A DNA stretch of 64,000 bases from Setoptus koraiensis (Eukaryota > Animalia > Arthropoda), in contig CM106586.1 in NCBI GenBank assembly GCA_048013815.1, positions 17,422,001 through 17,486,000 of the forward strand, read 5' to 3'. The position numbers were made by a program, and so were the translations under genes. Under the pieces are notes generated by a model, which saw only the letters and a list, made by a program, of their open reading frames with translations, was not told where the DNA came from and did not search any database. Below are positions 49,001 through 59,260 of the stretch, piece after piece; within the stretch, counting starts at the first letter, position 1, and each line of letters opens with the position of its first letter.

Positions 49001-51994
49001 TTCCAATGTTAGTATTTTCTCGTAAGAATAACGAGCTCGTAACAAATTCAATTCATCTTTCATCACAGATTTTGGGAGATCCGGTATATTTTCCGATAAG
49101 AAACTAATGTCGAGTTCACTCAATCCCTCAGTGATTAGCCTGCCTATTTGCTGGACATTGTTTCGTCTTTTATGCAAACCAATCAATTTCAATCTCAAAT
49201 AATTTATGGGAAATATTAGGTCCTTCAAGAAAACTTTGTGTTTAGGAATATCTGACAATCTTAAAATATCCTGATAATAACGGAGGTAGTTGTATAGCGA
49301 GATGAGCGAAGCATCATCTGTTTTTCTCTTAATGATTATAGGTAATTCTGTGGGAGTATTATGATTGCAGTCTCCAATCAAATCCTTCATGAGATATGAC
49401 ACTTTCAGCTCGTTATCATAAAAAGATGGATGAAATAATGATTGTAGTGTGGTTATTCTATTTAATTCAACATCAATGTCCTTCATAAGACTTTTGTTGG
49501 AGTAAGTTTGGAAATCATTTGGAATTCTGGAGATACTGGCCAATAAATAGTGAGATACATCGAATAGATGCTGTCCATGTGACATTGTCTCCTCTTTGTA
49601 TTGATCATCAAACTCATCATCCCAAGAGTTTAACCATTTTTTCACTACTTCATAATTTGTACGAGCGAAAGTTTCGCGATTAATTGATGAACTGGATAAC
49701 GATAGTAACTTCAGTAGTTTAGAAAATACAAATTTATCGTCGATGTTGTTGATTTTATCGACGTATTTGTGAGCTTCATTAGATTTGCCAAGTTTGACGG
49801 AAGCTTCAGCTGCCAGTTTCAAAATTTTATCCTGGAGACCGGGTTCAAATTCTACATAATCTCCATTGAAAATCCCGGAAATGAACTCATCCGCTAACTT
49901 GAGAGTATCCTCAAAGCGGCACTCAAGATTACTTATTTCCAATTTTAAATGAGGCATGCCTTTCAAGATGTGTTCAGAAACAAAGACATCGATACCATGA
50001 AGGAGGTCGATGTTCTTGAGTCCTTTCGCAGCTTCACAGAGGTATTGTAGAGATTCTTCGAGATGGCCACCTTTGTCGGAGGAATCAGAATTCCTGCGGG
50101 AGTTTGATTTCATGTTGAATTCGTATAGTGACATGCTCGCATGTTGCCAAGCATCAGCAAAACTTTTGGACTCTAGTGCCATCTTTGTTAATTTCAATCT
50201 ATTGAGTGACACTAAACTAGTGAATGACTTCTCGTTGGTAACATAAAAGGATTTTGTTGCTTCGTCTAAATGATCGAGATCACTTGTTGGGTTTTCTATG
50301 TGATGTTTGAGTAATTTTTCAAATACGTCGAATATAAACAACAACATCTTACGCTTGAGCTCGCAAATGAATGGCTCTTGGTATGCTGAATTATTTGACT
50401 CTGATTCCTTGCTAGATGTAGTAGAATTGACGTTCAAAGTGTAATGGTTGTCGAGACTAGTCTGAAGAGAGTTCAATGAGTCTTTCACATTGCCGTAAGG
50501 CGTCTTGAATTTACTAAGAAAACAATATCGCATTGATTCCCAGCATGAATAAAATATTAAATAGTTTAGATTATGACCTAATCGACTAGAATCTGAAAGC
50601 ACTGATCTGGTTATTTCCTTTGTACTGGTGGAATCATAAACATGCTTGAAACTTGAAAAAATATCACTTGCTTCTGATTGCTCGAGCACACTACTGGGTG
50701 GGGGACCAAGAAGCCAACTCATAATAGCTACCATACTATCAGATACAAAAGTGATGGGCGGTGAACTTTCCATAAGCTGAATTTTTGATAGATGAATTGG
50801 GTCCTCAGGAATGTTGTTTATGTAATTTGGTGTGTGCAACAGATTTGAATTTTTATGGTGTGGCAGATCCGGCAAATGGGCATAGATTTGCCTTCCGAGC
50901 TTCATTTCCTTGGGTGGACTCGATGAGTTATAATGCACATGAGAAAGAAAACAATTCAGCAGTGTATTGTAGGAGAGTATCGGATCTTTCCAGTCTGACT
51001 TTTGAGCAAGGATTCTAGCAAACTTCAAGCTTAGATTGTGGTTGGACTCGGATTTATACATGTTCATCACAGTACGTCTGGTGATTATGTTTGCTAAAAT
51101 ATATATAAAAGGCATCTGAGATAGGGAAATTCCCGATTTGTGGTGCGAAAATAGTTCATTCAATATTTCATTAGCCCATATCAGACCTTGTTCCTCGATT
51201 GCACTTAAAAAAATATAGTTCTCTTTCTTATATCTGGCACATTGTGATAAATTTAAGGCCATTTCTATTGTTTGGACGACAAGATGTGGCAAACCGGATA
51301 GTCGTTTTGTCAATGGCTCGATAATTTCGTGGGAGATGGCAAGGTTGCTTTCTATTAAATCACTCAAATTGACGAAATGATCAAAATTGCGAGAGAACTT
51401 GTGTGTAACATGTAGTCGAGAAACGAAGGCTGCCAGTTCTTTTGTATCACGATTTTCAAAAATTTGTGTATAATTCAACTGTAATTGAGATTGCATGATA
51501 TCCATGACGAGACAGGCTATGTAAGTGGTCAGTAAGGGGCCATAATTTTGATTAATAGTACCTAGGTTGGTCGATCCTCTGAGTATGAGAGTGGCTAGTA
51601 CAACAAAGGAGTCTAGCTTGACTTCAGTTAGCTCATCTGCATTCTGGGAGGCTGTCTTTTTTCCTGGCCTGTTGTTTTTGAATAGATTCTTCTCTTTAGC
51701 AAAAATATCAAGGTATCTATCTATGAGAACAATGGGCCCATCAATTGTGGAACGGATATCGTACAGTTCATCTGGTGGATCATAGTTTGTTAGTAATTGT
51801 ACCATCTTCCTGGCAGAGTAGTGCAGCATATTGAAGTCGTTGGTACTAATGATCTCATTATGTATTTGAGGTAACTTATCGAATATAGCTTGTTGGATAT
51901 TGTTTAGATTGTAATGAGGTATTTGGCTCGCTAATAGGGATAAGTTATCGGGATGGAATAGTTTCTCGGCCTTTGTTAAATTTTGTTGAGTCAT
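46058..51994 (-). CDS. SMG1: SMG1 PIKK kinase (nonsense-mediated decay), 1978-aa single-exon ORF
   Basis: FILKGHEDLRLD, YAVTPLSTRSGLIEW, MVGYLIGLGDRHMDN, HIDYN and VPFRLTQN are kinase motifs. The FATC ending EEQVEALIHAATSSVNKARMYEGWTAWV has the SMG1-type YEGWTAWV. Confidence 0.96.
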   Translation of the reverse strand: MTQQNLTKAEKLFHPDNLSLLASQIPHYNLNNIQQAIFDKLPQIHNEIISTNDFNMLHYSARKMVQLLTNYDPPDELYDIRSTIDGPIVLIDRYLDIFAKEKNLFKNNRPGKKTASQNADELTEVKLDSFVVLATLILRGSTNLGTINQNYGPLLTTYIACLVMDIMQSQLQLNYTQIFENRDTKELAAFVSRLHVTHKFSRNFDHFVNLSDLIESNLAISHEIIEPLTKRLSGLPHLVVQTIEMALNLSQCARYKKENYIFLSAIEEQGLIWANEILNELFSHHKSGISLSQMPFIYILANIITRRTVMNMYKSESNHNLSLKFARILAQKSDWKDPILSYNTLLNCFLSHVHYNSSSPPKEMKLGRQIYAHLPDLPHHKNSNLLHTPNYINNIPEDPIHLSKIQLMESSPPITFVSDSMVAIMSWLLGPPPSSVLEQSEASDIFSSFKHVYDSTSTKEITRSVLSDSSRLGHNLNYLIFYSCWESMRYCFLSKFKTPYGNVKDSLNSLQTSLDNHYTLNVNSTTSSKESESNNSAYQEPFICELKRKMLLFIFDVFEKLLKHHIENPTSDLDHLDEATKSFYVTNEKSFTSLVSLNRLKLTKMALESKSFADAWQHASMSLYEFNMKSNSRRNSDSSDKGGHLEESLQYLCEAAKGLKNIDLLHGIDVFVSEHILKGMPHLKLEISNLECRFEDTLKLADEFISGIFNGDYVEFEPGLQDKILKLAAEASVKLGKSNEAHKYVDKINNIDDKFVFSKLLKLLSLSSSSINRETFARTNYEVVKKWLNSWDDEFDDQYKEETMSHGQHLFDVSHYLLASISRIPNDFQTYSNKSLMKDIDVELNRITTLQSLFHPSFYDNELKVSYLMKDLIGDCNHNTPTELPIIIKRKTDDASLISLYNYLRYYQDILRLSDIPKHKVFLKDLIFPINYLRLKLIGLHKRRNNVQQIGRLITEGLSELDISFLSENIPDLPKSVMKDELNLLRARYSYEKILTLESCEYSRLSELQEVLRSIEINSASEDLHSRARDLMVKVLIAKGEVKSAIESGVKSASTLMDPIDQHEHVRDNELASFLEKNLPSDTILQTTKVKALETLSTWAHAQRKQTSSTNDNLELAFNTDLKLLVALESCNKEGKLNKLTSTHCALRVLSLIREHGLTGKCRESFQDENFIKRTINIWVQLASQLLCLTLKNTDDKQEPSEQNWQSCLFNLLKKICSHSPQVLLYPVIVGNLDFVESLQHLPEQTCRDQKQILLKRAIAWLELKDILQRTLKDSKNENADIVGETEKFIKELRKITSLWGEHLFNVSGRIMQRIQHLLKSLQELKSPSDACKNTTDEKQKKIAIDKWQNVIDYSLGLMKTIMSFIERQAQQTTSSKYETWFCSAFSKTLLDIMAKLDQINKSLSIDSSDEFDPFSESNLALLINVGGLFDFCRHLVHEYNKDNRNKLYMEVISPTLSRLDSSCILMPGCCSSSTTSTEKPVFISKVKQVIRILISKTCPKKLTILGSDGKNRSFILKGHEDLRLDRHIMQLFSLINRVLAKNKSTRYQYSLRHYAVTPLSTRSGLIEWIDAPPIYSFYRAWLSHNTIRHRLEYQHKPAPPVHPLKPHEIFYNKLTLLGNQGVAKILSVNYLNVDRKKWNIQLLVKVLAELEKETPDNLIADHLWIKSVNAHEHWIKTQTFIHSCSVMSMVGYLIGLGDRHMDNLLLDSSSGEIIHIDYNMSFDMARTWLRIPEQVPFRLTQNFIRAFGFAGLEGGFTRSCEKVLSILKENKSTLLHLLNPLYWEFIIESEDDKIKSDQKLVDFTTTNNDVPTASVSATAAPQKDKDVCIQETIEECAEEEEDPSSSSNTDCEKNQVANNDDPNKLASQNVEYQDGFNLSQTLNMQRCIKTPTRLTKTQALDEYAAIESKLDGTDELVRSYHYQQKTVSMKPGHTQDAPDLIGLIDTHTTEEQVEALIHAATSSVNKARMYEGWTAWV

Positions 51995-53335
51995 GATGAG
52001 AGCTTTTACAAAAAGGTAAAAATAGGTGGATATGGGGAACCAGATAGGTGTCTGGTGAAGTCACTGTCAGCGATTGAACATTCGTAATGACAAGCAATAA
52101 TTCGCACAACGTGTCGGCTAGAAAGTGGTGATCCTACGAGAGAATAATCTAGTGCGCATGCACCATAAATATTCAAATGTGGAGTATTTTTGTTTTGATT
52201 TCGTTTATTACATGTATCCTTTCGGAGTATAGTTCAAGGCGCAGATTTATCACGATTCCGGGCAAAAGACGGATTAGTATTTGCCCGTAGTATTTGCGAA
52301 CCCAGGCGTAAATAATTGTTACAAATATTGCTTCTCACTGCCAGCAATGTGGATCTTTGAAAAAAATCAGAGAAGACACCTTCAAATAAACACATGAAAT
52401 CACCAACACGAGACCAATCAAGGTCCCTGCTGGGTTGTAGTTATCCACTGGAATAATCATTTATGACCCCTTCTATGCAGAACATCCTTTCGAAGTATTT
52501 CTACGATGAAATTCAGGATAATGTCGTGCGAAAATATCATGCCATGGGATCATTTAGAGCTCGAGCACCGACCGCAGGAAAGCTCACAATTTTCACAGCA
52601 TAAACTCCACGCCTACCCAATGTTTTTAACTTCAATACGTTGAAATTGCTTATATTTAAATCTCGATCCTTCAAGAATGACTATAGGATAAATTAGATTA
52701 GCGATAGTTTTTATTTCAATCGAGCTTTTCCAGCAGTCGAAGTTCATTAGAAAAAACACAGACATGAAATTTTCGCTAGGATATAGTTTGGTTATATTTT
52801 CAACAGGTAGCTTCCGAATCAGAAGTCAGGGAAATGAACGATACTAATCAACCGGGTGAGGGATGTTCTTTCGCATATCAAAATTGATTACCAGAGCGCC
52901 TCATCAAAACTCTTTATGCAGCTCAGGCTTTGTGGACAAAATCAGCCTCAATGCAATCAAGAGCTTGGTGGCGGCCTGCTGTTTGGCATCGGTCATGGAC
53001 ACATCCGACGTAGCCCACATTAGCACTATCGCAGCATTATTATAGGACGCCTTTAGGATGCATTTGTGGGGACATTTGTTATCCGCATAAAACTCAAAGG
53101 CAAATAATTGGATATTATATGAATTAATGAGGTGTTGTATTATTTCCATTTTATCTGCTTGAGCACTCTTGGACTTTTCCATGGCGGAGTCTAGTTTCTC
53201 TTGGTGGGCTTCCACTTGGTAGTTGGTTAAATTATCCTCGAAGAATCTGTCGTAACTTAGAGCATCATGTCTGACTCTGTCGTGATAATTCTTGATCCGG
53301 AAGAAATCATTTTCTCGAGCCATTTTACATTCCAA
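51995..53335 (-). pseudogene. SMG1: Disrupted N-terminal HEAT region of SMG1 (frameshifts and stops) upstream of the intact ORF
   Basis: ORF 53335-52904 looks helical. Downstream patches in changing frames (EF/DEALW, IFARHYPEF/IVEIL, SG*LQ..DW, IFVTIIYAW, HLFLPF/VKALIM) resemble, by eye and in order, the metazoan SMG1 N-terminus. Confidence 0.5.
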
Positions 53336-53809
53336 TCGATTAATTCAATACAATAAGATTAATATATGTTCAAAACTGACCACCGTTATGAAAGGTAGAC
53401 AAAAAATGATGATACCATTGATGTAGCAGCGAGCAGCAGCTCAATCAAATAAAAAAAAAACTAATAAAAAGGTATAACATCGTCAATGCGTGACTGATGA
53501 GTCATCACAAATTTGAAAAAACGTTCACCAACAACAAGTACATGTAAACATTTAGTTCATAATGTTATACATTGTATGCGCACAGAAAGTTGGTCGCGAC
53601 CGTCGCATGTCATTACGGTCACATTGGGCGTGTAAAAGAGGTTCGCGTCTTCGATCGGACGAAAAGTTCTAAATAATATATGCCAATATAATTATATCCA
53701 TACTGATTTGCACCTTGTCAACCAACAATTGTAATAGCAATTATTTGAAACAAGGGCATATAAGGCAGGCTCTGCTTGATTATTCATTCCTTTTTTGCCC
53801 TCAGAGGTG

Positions 53810-54060
53810 GGCCGCGCGCACAGGTAAAAGTAACCTGCTTACAGCGCACTTACAAGTTGTTGTGCGCTATTTTTCCAATGAAATTACCTCGGTTCATAAA
53901 AGAACCGGCAGAGCGGCGCCACTCAGCTTTTTGTAAGCAGGGTAAAAGAGTGGCAGCCGAGGAGTAGGATTGCGAACTGACTAATAGACAAGGCGCCCGC
54001 TTGCGTACGCTTTCAAGCGCCCGATTGTGAGCACGCTAGACTCTAGCGGTTAGAGCAAGC
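53810..54060. ncRNA. Candidate structured ncRNA with an H-type pseudoknot; strand unresolved
   Basis: Interleaved helices 53834-53843/53932-53941 (10 bp perfect) and 53918-53924/53948-53954 (7 bp, extendable), plus hairpins 53843-53868 and 53890-53907. Intergenic between SMG1 and headcase. Confidence 0.35.
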
Positions 54061-54310
54061 AATCATAAAAAGCAACCAATAAATAAAAAATTTTATGATA
54101 CAGTCCAGATCCAACTGCACATTTATCGGGCCAGTCAGATTTTTATCTAAATCGGAAGTGGGTGCATGGGAAAATTCGCACACAGTAGCTGTTGTTGAAT
54201 TATTAAATTTCGAAATCACGTGGCAACAACCCTTCCTTTATTCGATTGCCGTTGCGGTCTAAAGATTTTGTGTCATCATCATTTGATTCAAATCATTTGC
54301 TTGTCTGGAC

Positions 54311-55240
54311 CTATATTAATGTTGGTTTCTTACGAAAAATATACAACGACGAAATGGGCTTGACGAAATGGTTGTCAGTACATTGACATTTGTCGCAACA
54401 ATAACTTTTACTATATTGACTAAAATATTCTTGACTTGGCGACAGTTGGCTACAAATTTTGTCCTTTTCTTGGATACATGAAGCATCAGCTGGTTTGTTT
54501 TGTGTCATTCGGACGATGCCCGAGCATAATTTACAAGACAGGCGAGCCTGGCAGCAGGGTTGAGCGGCAAATATATCAAAATCGTACATTGTTCCTAGAA
54601 TAAAATGAGATCCGATCCATGGCTGAAAGCAATACTTGCAAAGTATATCAAATGTCCAACCTTCCAGACATGGCATACACACTGCATTAATGTGTTTCTC
54701 GGAGGTTGTAGTTAAAAATTTACTCTCCGTTGATGCATGATGCTGCTTTAATGGAGAGACATTTGCGTTTATAGTTGTAGTTGTATTGGTTGTCTTAACT
54801 TTGGCCGACAGGCTATGATGCTGCACGGGCGATTGAAAGAAGGCCCCTTCCAATAGGGGATATTTGTCATAAATAGTTAGTAGGGTCTGACAAACAATGC
54901 AACACGCTTTGCTCATTTTGTTTGCGCTCAAATTAGATAAAATATACCATCTAACTTCGTCATTTCCGTGACTTCCATCATCTTCCATTTTAATATGATA
55001 AGAATTAATTTTGTGTTTAGGTAATAAACTAAAAGCTTTGTAATCTGTTCTCCTAGCAAATATTGATCCGGGCACAACAAATTGTGTGCTCCGGAATGAT
55101 AGTTGATGATAGTTAATAGTGTTACTATAATTATTTTTGTTATTGTAGTTGTATCGTAGTGATTGACTGTTGGATAATGATTGACCGGTGGATGCTGTAG
55201 GTCGTTCGACAAAGTTTGCGCTTTTGTTGTTTGATTTCAT
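54311..55240 (-). CDS. HECA: Headcase (HECA) family protein, 309 aa, conserved Cys-rich middle/C-terminal domain
   Basis: GSIFARRTDY..LPKHKINSYHIKMEDDGSHGNDEVR, YDKYPLLEGAFFQSP, AVCMPCLEG, LGTMYDFDIFAAQPCC and HFVKP. A minus-strand AATAAA lies at 54242-54237. Confidence 0.92.
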   Translation of the reverse strand: MKSNNKSANFVERPTASTGQSLSNSQSLRYNYNNKNNYSNTINYHQLSFRSTQFVVPGSIFARRTDYKAFSLLPKHKINSYHIKMEDDGSHGNDEVRWYILSNLSANKMSKACCIVCQTLLTIYDKYPLLEGAFFQSPVQHHSLSAKVKTTNTTTTINANVSPLKQHHASTESKFLTTTSEKHINAVCMPCLEGWTFDILCKYCFQPWIGSHFILGTMYDFDIFAAQPCCQARLSCKLCSGIVRMTQNKPADASCIQEKDKICSQLSPSQEYFSQYSKSYCCDKCQCTDNHFVKPISSLYIFRKKPTLI

Positions 55241-58200
55241 GTTAATGGGCGTCGGACTCGACGATTATGTTTGTTTTGGTAGATGATGATAAATAATTAA
55301 ATTGTATTAAATTATTCGTTTATATCAACTAAATGGTGTTTAAATTATTGTTAGTTATTCACTGTATGAATATGAACATGCTTGTCAGTCACTGCCGCTC
55401 AAATAGTGTAAACTGCGACAGTGTTTGTGTCACTAACTAACGGTGCAAAAGCAAATGCGATGCTCTCACCTAAATTAGCGAATAATATTCGTCCTTTGCA
55501 TTCTCTGGTTACTCGAGTTCGCCTGACTCCAGTTTGGTGCATCGTGGTCGTTGCGGAGTAGATGCCAATCACAATTGCAATCCCTTCTCATCGTGGACGA
55601 GAAAGAAAGTGTAAACAAGTTGTTGTTGTTGTAACCATTATTATTGTTTTCAGTGCACTCTATCCATGAGTCTCATACAAGTGCAGGATGAGAGTAGTCA
55701 CTACGACGATCATAATGGCGGCTGTTGCAAGCACTAGCAGGATGGAAATGGCCGACTGCGAAGAAATGGTTAGTTTGCTATATCCAACGCACTGCACTAG
55801 ACAAGAACAAGCCTGGAAGTTACAACAACAAGTAAACAACAAGTACACTACATAACCGAGTGCATTCCAGTTGCAGAAGCAACAACAACAACAACCACAA
55901 CAGCAGCAGCATGGATTTGCCGTGTCCCTAGAGCCTATAGGCTATAGGTAGAGAGAGAGGGAGAGCTGCCATGATGGATATAAATGTTGAACACTCGTGT
56001 CGTATTTGGACAGTCAGAAGAATTTCATGCCATCCCCCCCCCCCTTAGCGCATAACCCTGAAACACCAGAACTGCGGACAGGGTTTAGGCATTATTTTTT
56101 TCCACTGTCCAAATACTCTCTCACACGGTTGTATGACAGGACACGTGCTTTTGAGTTTTATGTAACACGGCGATAATCATTGATGTAAGACACTCACACG
56201 TGCTCATCGCTTACTGCTGTAACATGATGATGCTTGATGAAACTATTGGCTTCAAATTAAATCATTTCATTTTCATATCTCATTGAGAGAATTAATCGCT
56301 TTGGATGTTGTTCCATGCACACCAGTGAAGCCATGACTGGTCTCGCCAGAGAAACCCTTTCTATGTTTAGCCAAAATAAAACTATCAGCCTGGATCAAGT
56401 TCATGGTGAACTCTTGCAATTTGCAACAGATATAATTAGCTCTGATATTTGAGAAATCTTTTCAAAAATGCACTCGCTTTCTTTAGACTGCCCTGCTTAG
56501 AGCATGCGCTTGTTTAACAAAAGTTTCTCCTCGCTTTTTTCAATTTCATTTCAGATTTTGTAGGCTGGCTACGATTATGTGGCTCATTTGTGTCCCGTTA
56601 TATCGGACACCAATAGATATATTTTAGGCGCTAGGAACATATCGGGCTTATCATGTGAGCTCAGAGTGTCACGTTAAGCACCACTACCTATATTTTTGCC
56701 CTTCAGTTTGCCAGTTTACAAATGGCCACAGCGCTAAGTGCTTAACGCGATATTCAAACACAAAAAAAAACGAAGCTTCATCTGGAACGACGCCACCGAA
56801 TCGCACTCTCCTAAGCACTCTGCTGTCCGGCTGAACAAAGAGACGGGCAGCAGTGATGTCCAAAAGCCTGATGCCTATGAGAGAGACAAATAGGGGATAG
56901 AGAATTAATTATAGTAAAAAGAATCAAGGCCTCGCTACTAATGGTGTGGTGTGAATGCTTGTGACCGACCTTCACCCAGAAATGGGACTCTCTCCCTCAT
57001 TATACTGCTAGATATACTCCACTGAAAGTTCACCTATAATTTGCATCGCTTATGTGATATCATCGCGCCGAGCACAACTTGAAGTGTAGTTGCTTCAGCG
57101 AGCACCTAAAAAAGGATGTTTATTATTGTTGAGAACGGAACATGTTGTCAGTTGAATTGAATTAGGTTTAGGCATTGTTTCTAGCAATAGCATCTATGTT
57201 ACTCCATATGTTGGTAGCTGTTGCTGTTTATTAGATAATAGCTGTTTCGCACACATTGAGAAAAAGAATTGGTGCCACAAGCATGAGAAAATAAAATTAT
57301 ACGAATGATAGAAGAATCCATAAAAAATCACCATGTTCGCCTCATTCAATATTGGTCTATCATGATATTGTTTTATCGTGTAACGCCGTTGTATTCACTT
57401 CAGCAAACACTGCTATACATGTAACACTGCACCCTATAAACTGTCAAGTAAACCTTCTCTTATATGTAGACGCATTCAAATGTATAGTCGGAATACAGTT
57501 TGCATAAATTATAGAAATGACCATATGCGCACACAAGCGCTAACTTCACCAGTATCATCGCTACTCACCATTGCCTTATACTGCAGCCTTTGAATAACAA
57601 TCGTCCAGTGACTACTTATGTTCAGATGGGTGACTACAGTTTCACATGACCAATTAGTTAATGCCATCTCTCGAGCAATCTCTGAAAACTTCGCAACAAT
57701 CGTCCCCTGTTGAAGGACCAGTTTCACCTTTCTCAACTTTACTATTCGTTTACTTCATTCGCTTCAACCATCATATAACGAGGCAATCCAGATTTCCGGT
57801 AATAAACAAAATTAAAGCCCCATTTGTTGACGCATTCTTCCGGTTACTTTTGAGTTACTCTCAAGTCAACTGATCGAGCAATATAGAGACACTATTATGG
57901 TTTCTTTCCCACATACGTGTAAGGCATGGATTATGTGACTTCCATTTTGATCATGGCAACACATTAGGCGAATCGCAGACTAGACTTATTCTGTAACTAG
58001 TTTGTTCACTTTATAAAACCTACTTTATCGGTCGTTCTGGTAAATGTTGTCTTGAGTATGTTGTTAGACACGAGGAATTTCCAACTGTCCAATTTCATGT
58101 GTGCTCAAATCTTACACCGTGTCGCATCTAGCAATATTAAAACTATTTATGACTAACAGAGCACATACATACCTCGAAATGTTGCTCACTATTACTTTTT

Positions 58201-59260
58201 ACTTTCTATACCATAGTGACCACTTTCAGGGAAATGCTGCCAATCTACTATCTCATAGCAGTAATGAAATTGGGTGACTTCGTTAGCTCTTGACTTTCCT
58301 CTTATTTTTCTTTGAAAATCCCGATAGTCGCTCAATGATATCGCTTTGTGATGTCATCAAAAATGTATCTGATGGTGAACATAAATTCTAGCATTCAAGT
58401 TATTAGTTGATATCCTACAGTGCAACTGGTGGAGAAACTGTCTTAGAATCTTTCAACCTTGAGTTAAACATAGCTAAAACCACTAGGCTCATCTCATTTA
58501 GTTGTCCCAATCACTATAGTCTTGAAGGGACGTAAGTAGTTCGTGTGCCAATCGCATAGGAGATTGTTGTTGTAGCTGTCGGTGAAAGAGCGAAACAACT
58601 TTTGACACACACATCACGAAATATCACCGATGTTGCTGCGCCTACCACTACTACTATCACTTACAACAAAGAAGGTTGTGTGGACCAACAGCTAATATCA
58701 TGATTCAACATAGTGGCAACAAGGAAATGAGAGTTGTTTCGTTATTTAGAGGAAGATATGGTTCATAGTTCGGGTTGAAGGTGTAATTAATGAGTTCTTT
58801 TTCTTTGAACTCTTTCATACTAAAAATCAGAGCAAATCACAGCTGCTTGTCTCTGTGACCTTCAAGTTAACAGAGCCAAAGTACTTTGATTTATTCTGCA
58901 ATTATTTGCATCTTTTCTCTTACTTCCGGATCAACCAAGGGAACTGAGAACGACAAGATAGTAGTACAGAAGCTATATTTCTATTCAATACATAAACTAT
59001 GATACATATTATACATTTTTGATCGTTTGAGTTTACATTGTCTAGTGAATTCGTTGAAAATATCTTGGTAGCCGAAAATTTGCCGTAGAAGGTTACGAGA
59101 TCATTCACTGTACCATGCGACTCAAAATATCCATCATGTGAATATTTTGAGAGCTGATTCTATAATCTTTTACAATTAATCTTATATTAGTGGTTGAAGT
59201 ATGCTGACTATGTCTAGACATGATTGACTGGAGTTATTACAGAGCAAAAACACTATTATT

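Noticed and set aside
46118-51785. Plus-strand ORFs inside SMG1 (and similar antisense ORFs in ZDHHC17, PHF21A and HECA)
   Set aside because: Shadow ORFs of real coding sequence.
56667-56752. 15-bp imperfect inverted repeat and nearby faint gypsy-like peptides (FIWND.., LVTDL)
   Set aside because: Too short and degenerate; no RT, integrase, LTR or TSD evidence.
58420-58560. Sushi/CCP-like fragment ISFSCPNHYSLEGT*
   Set aside because: A single partial motif ending in a stop, with the other conserved Cys/Trp absent.
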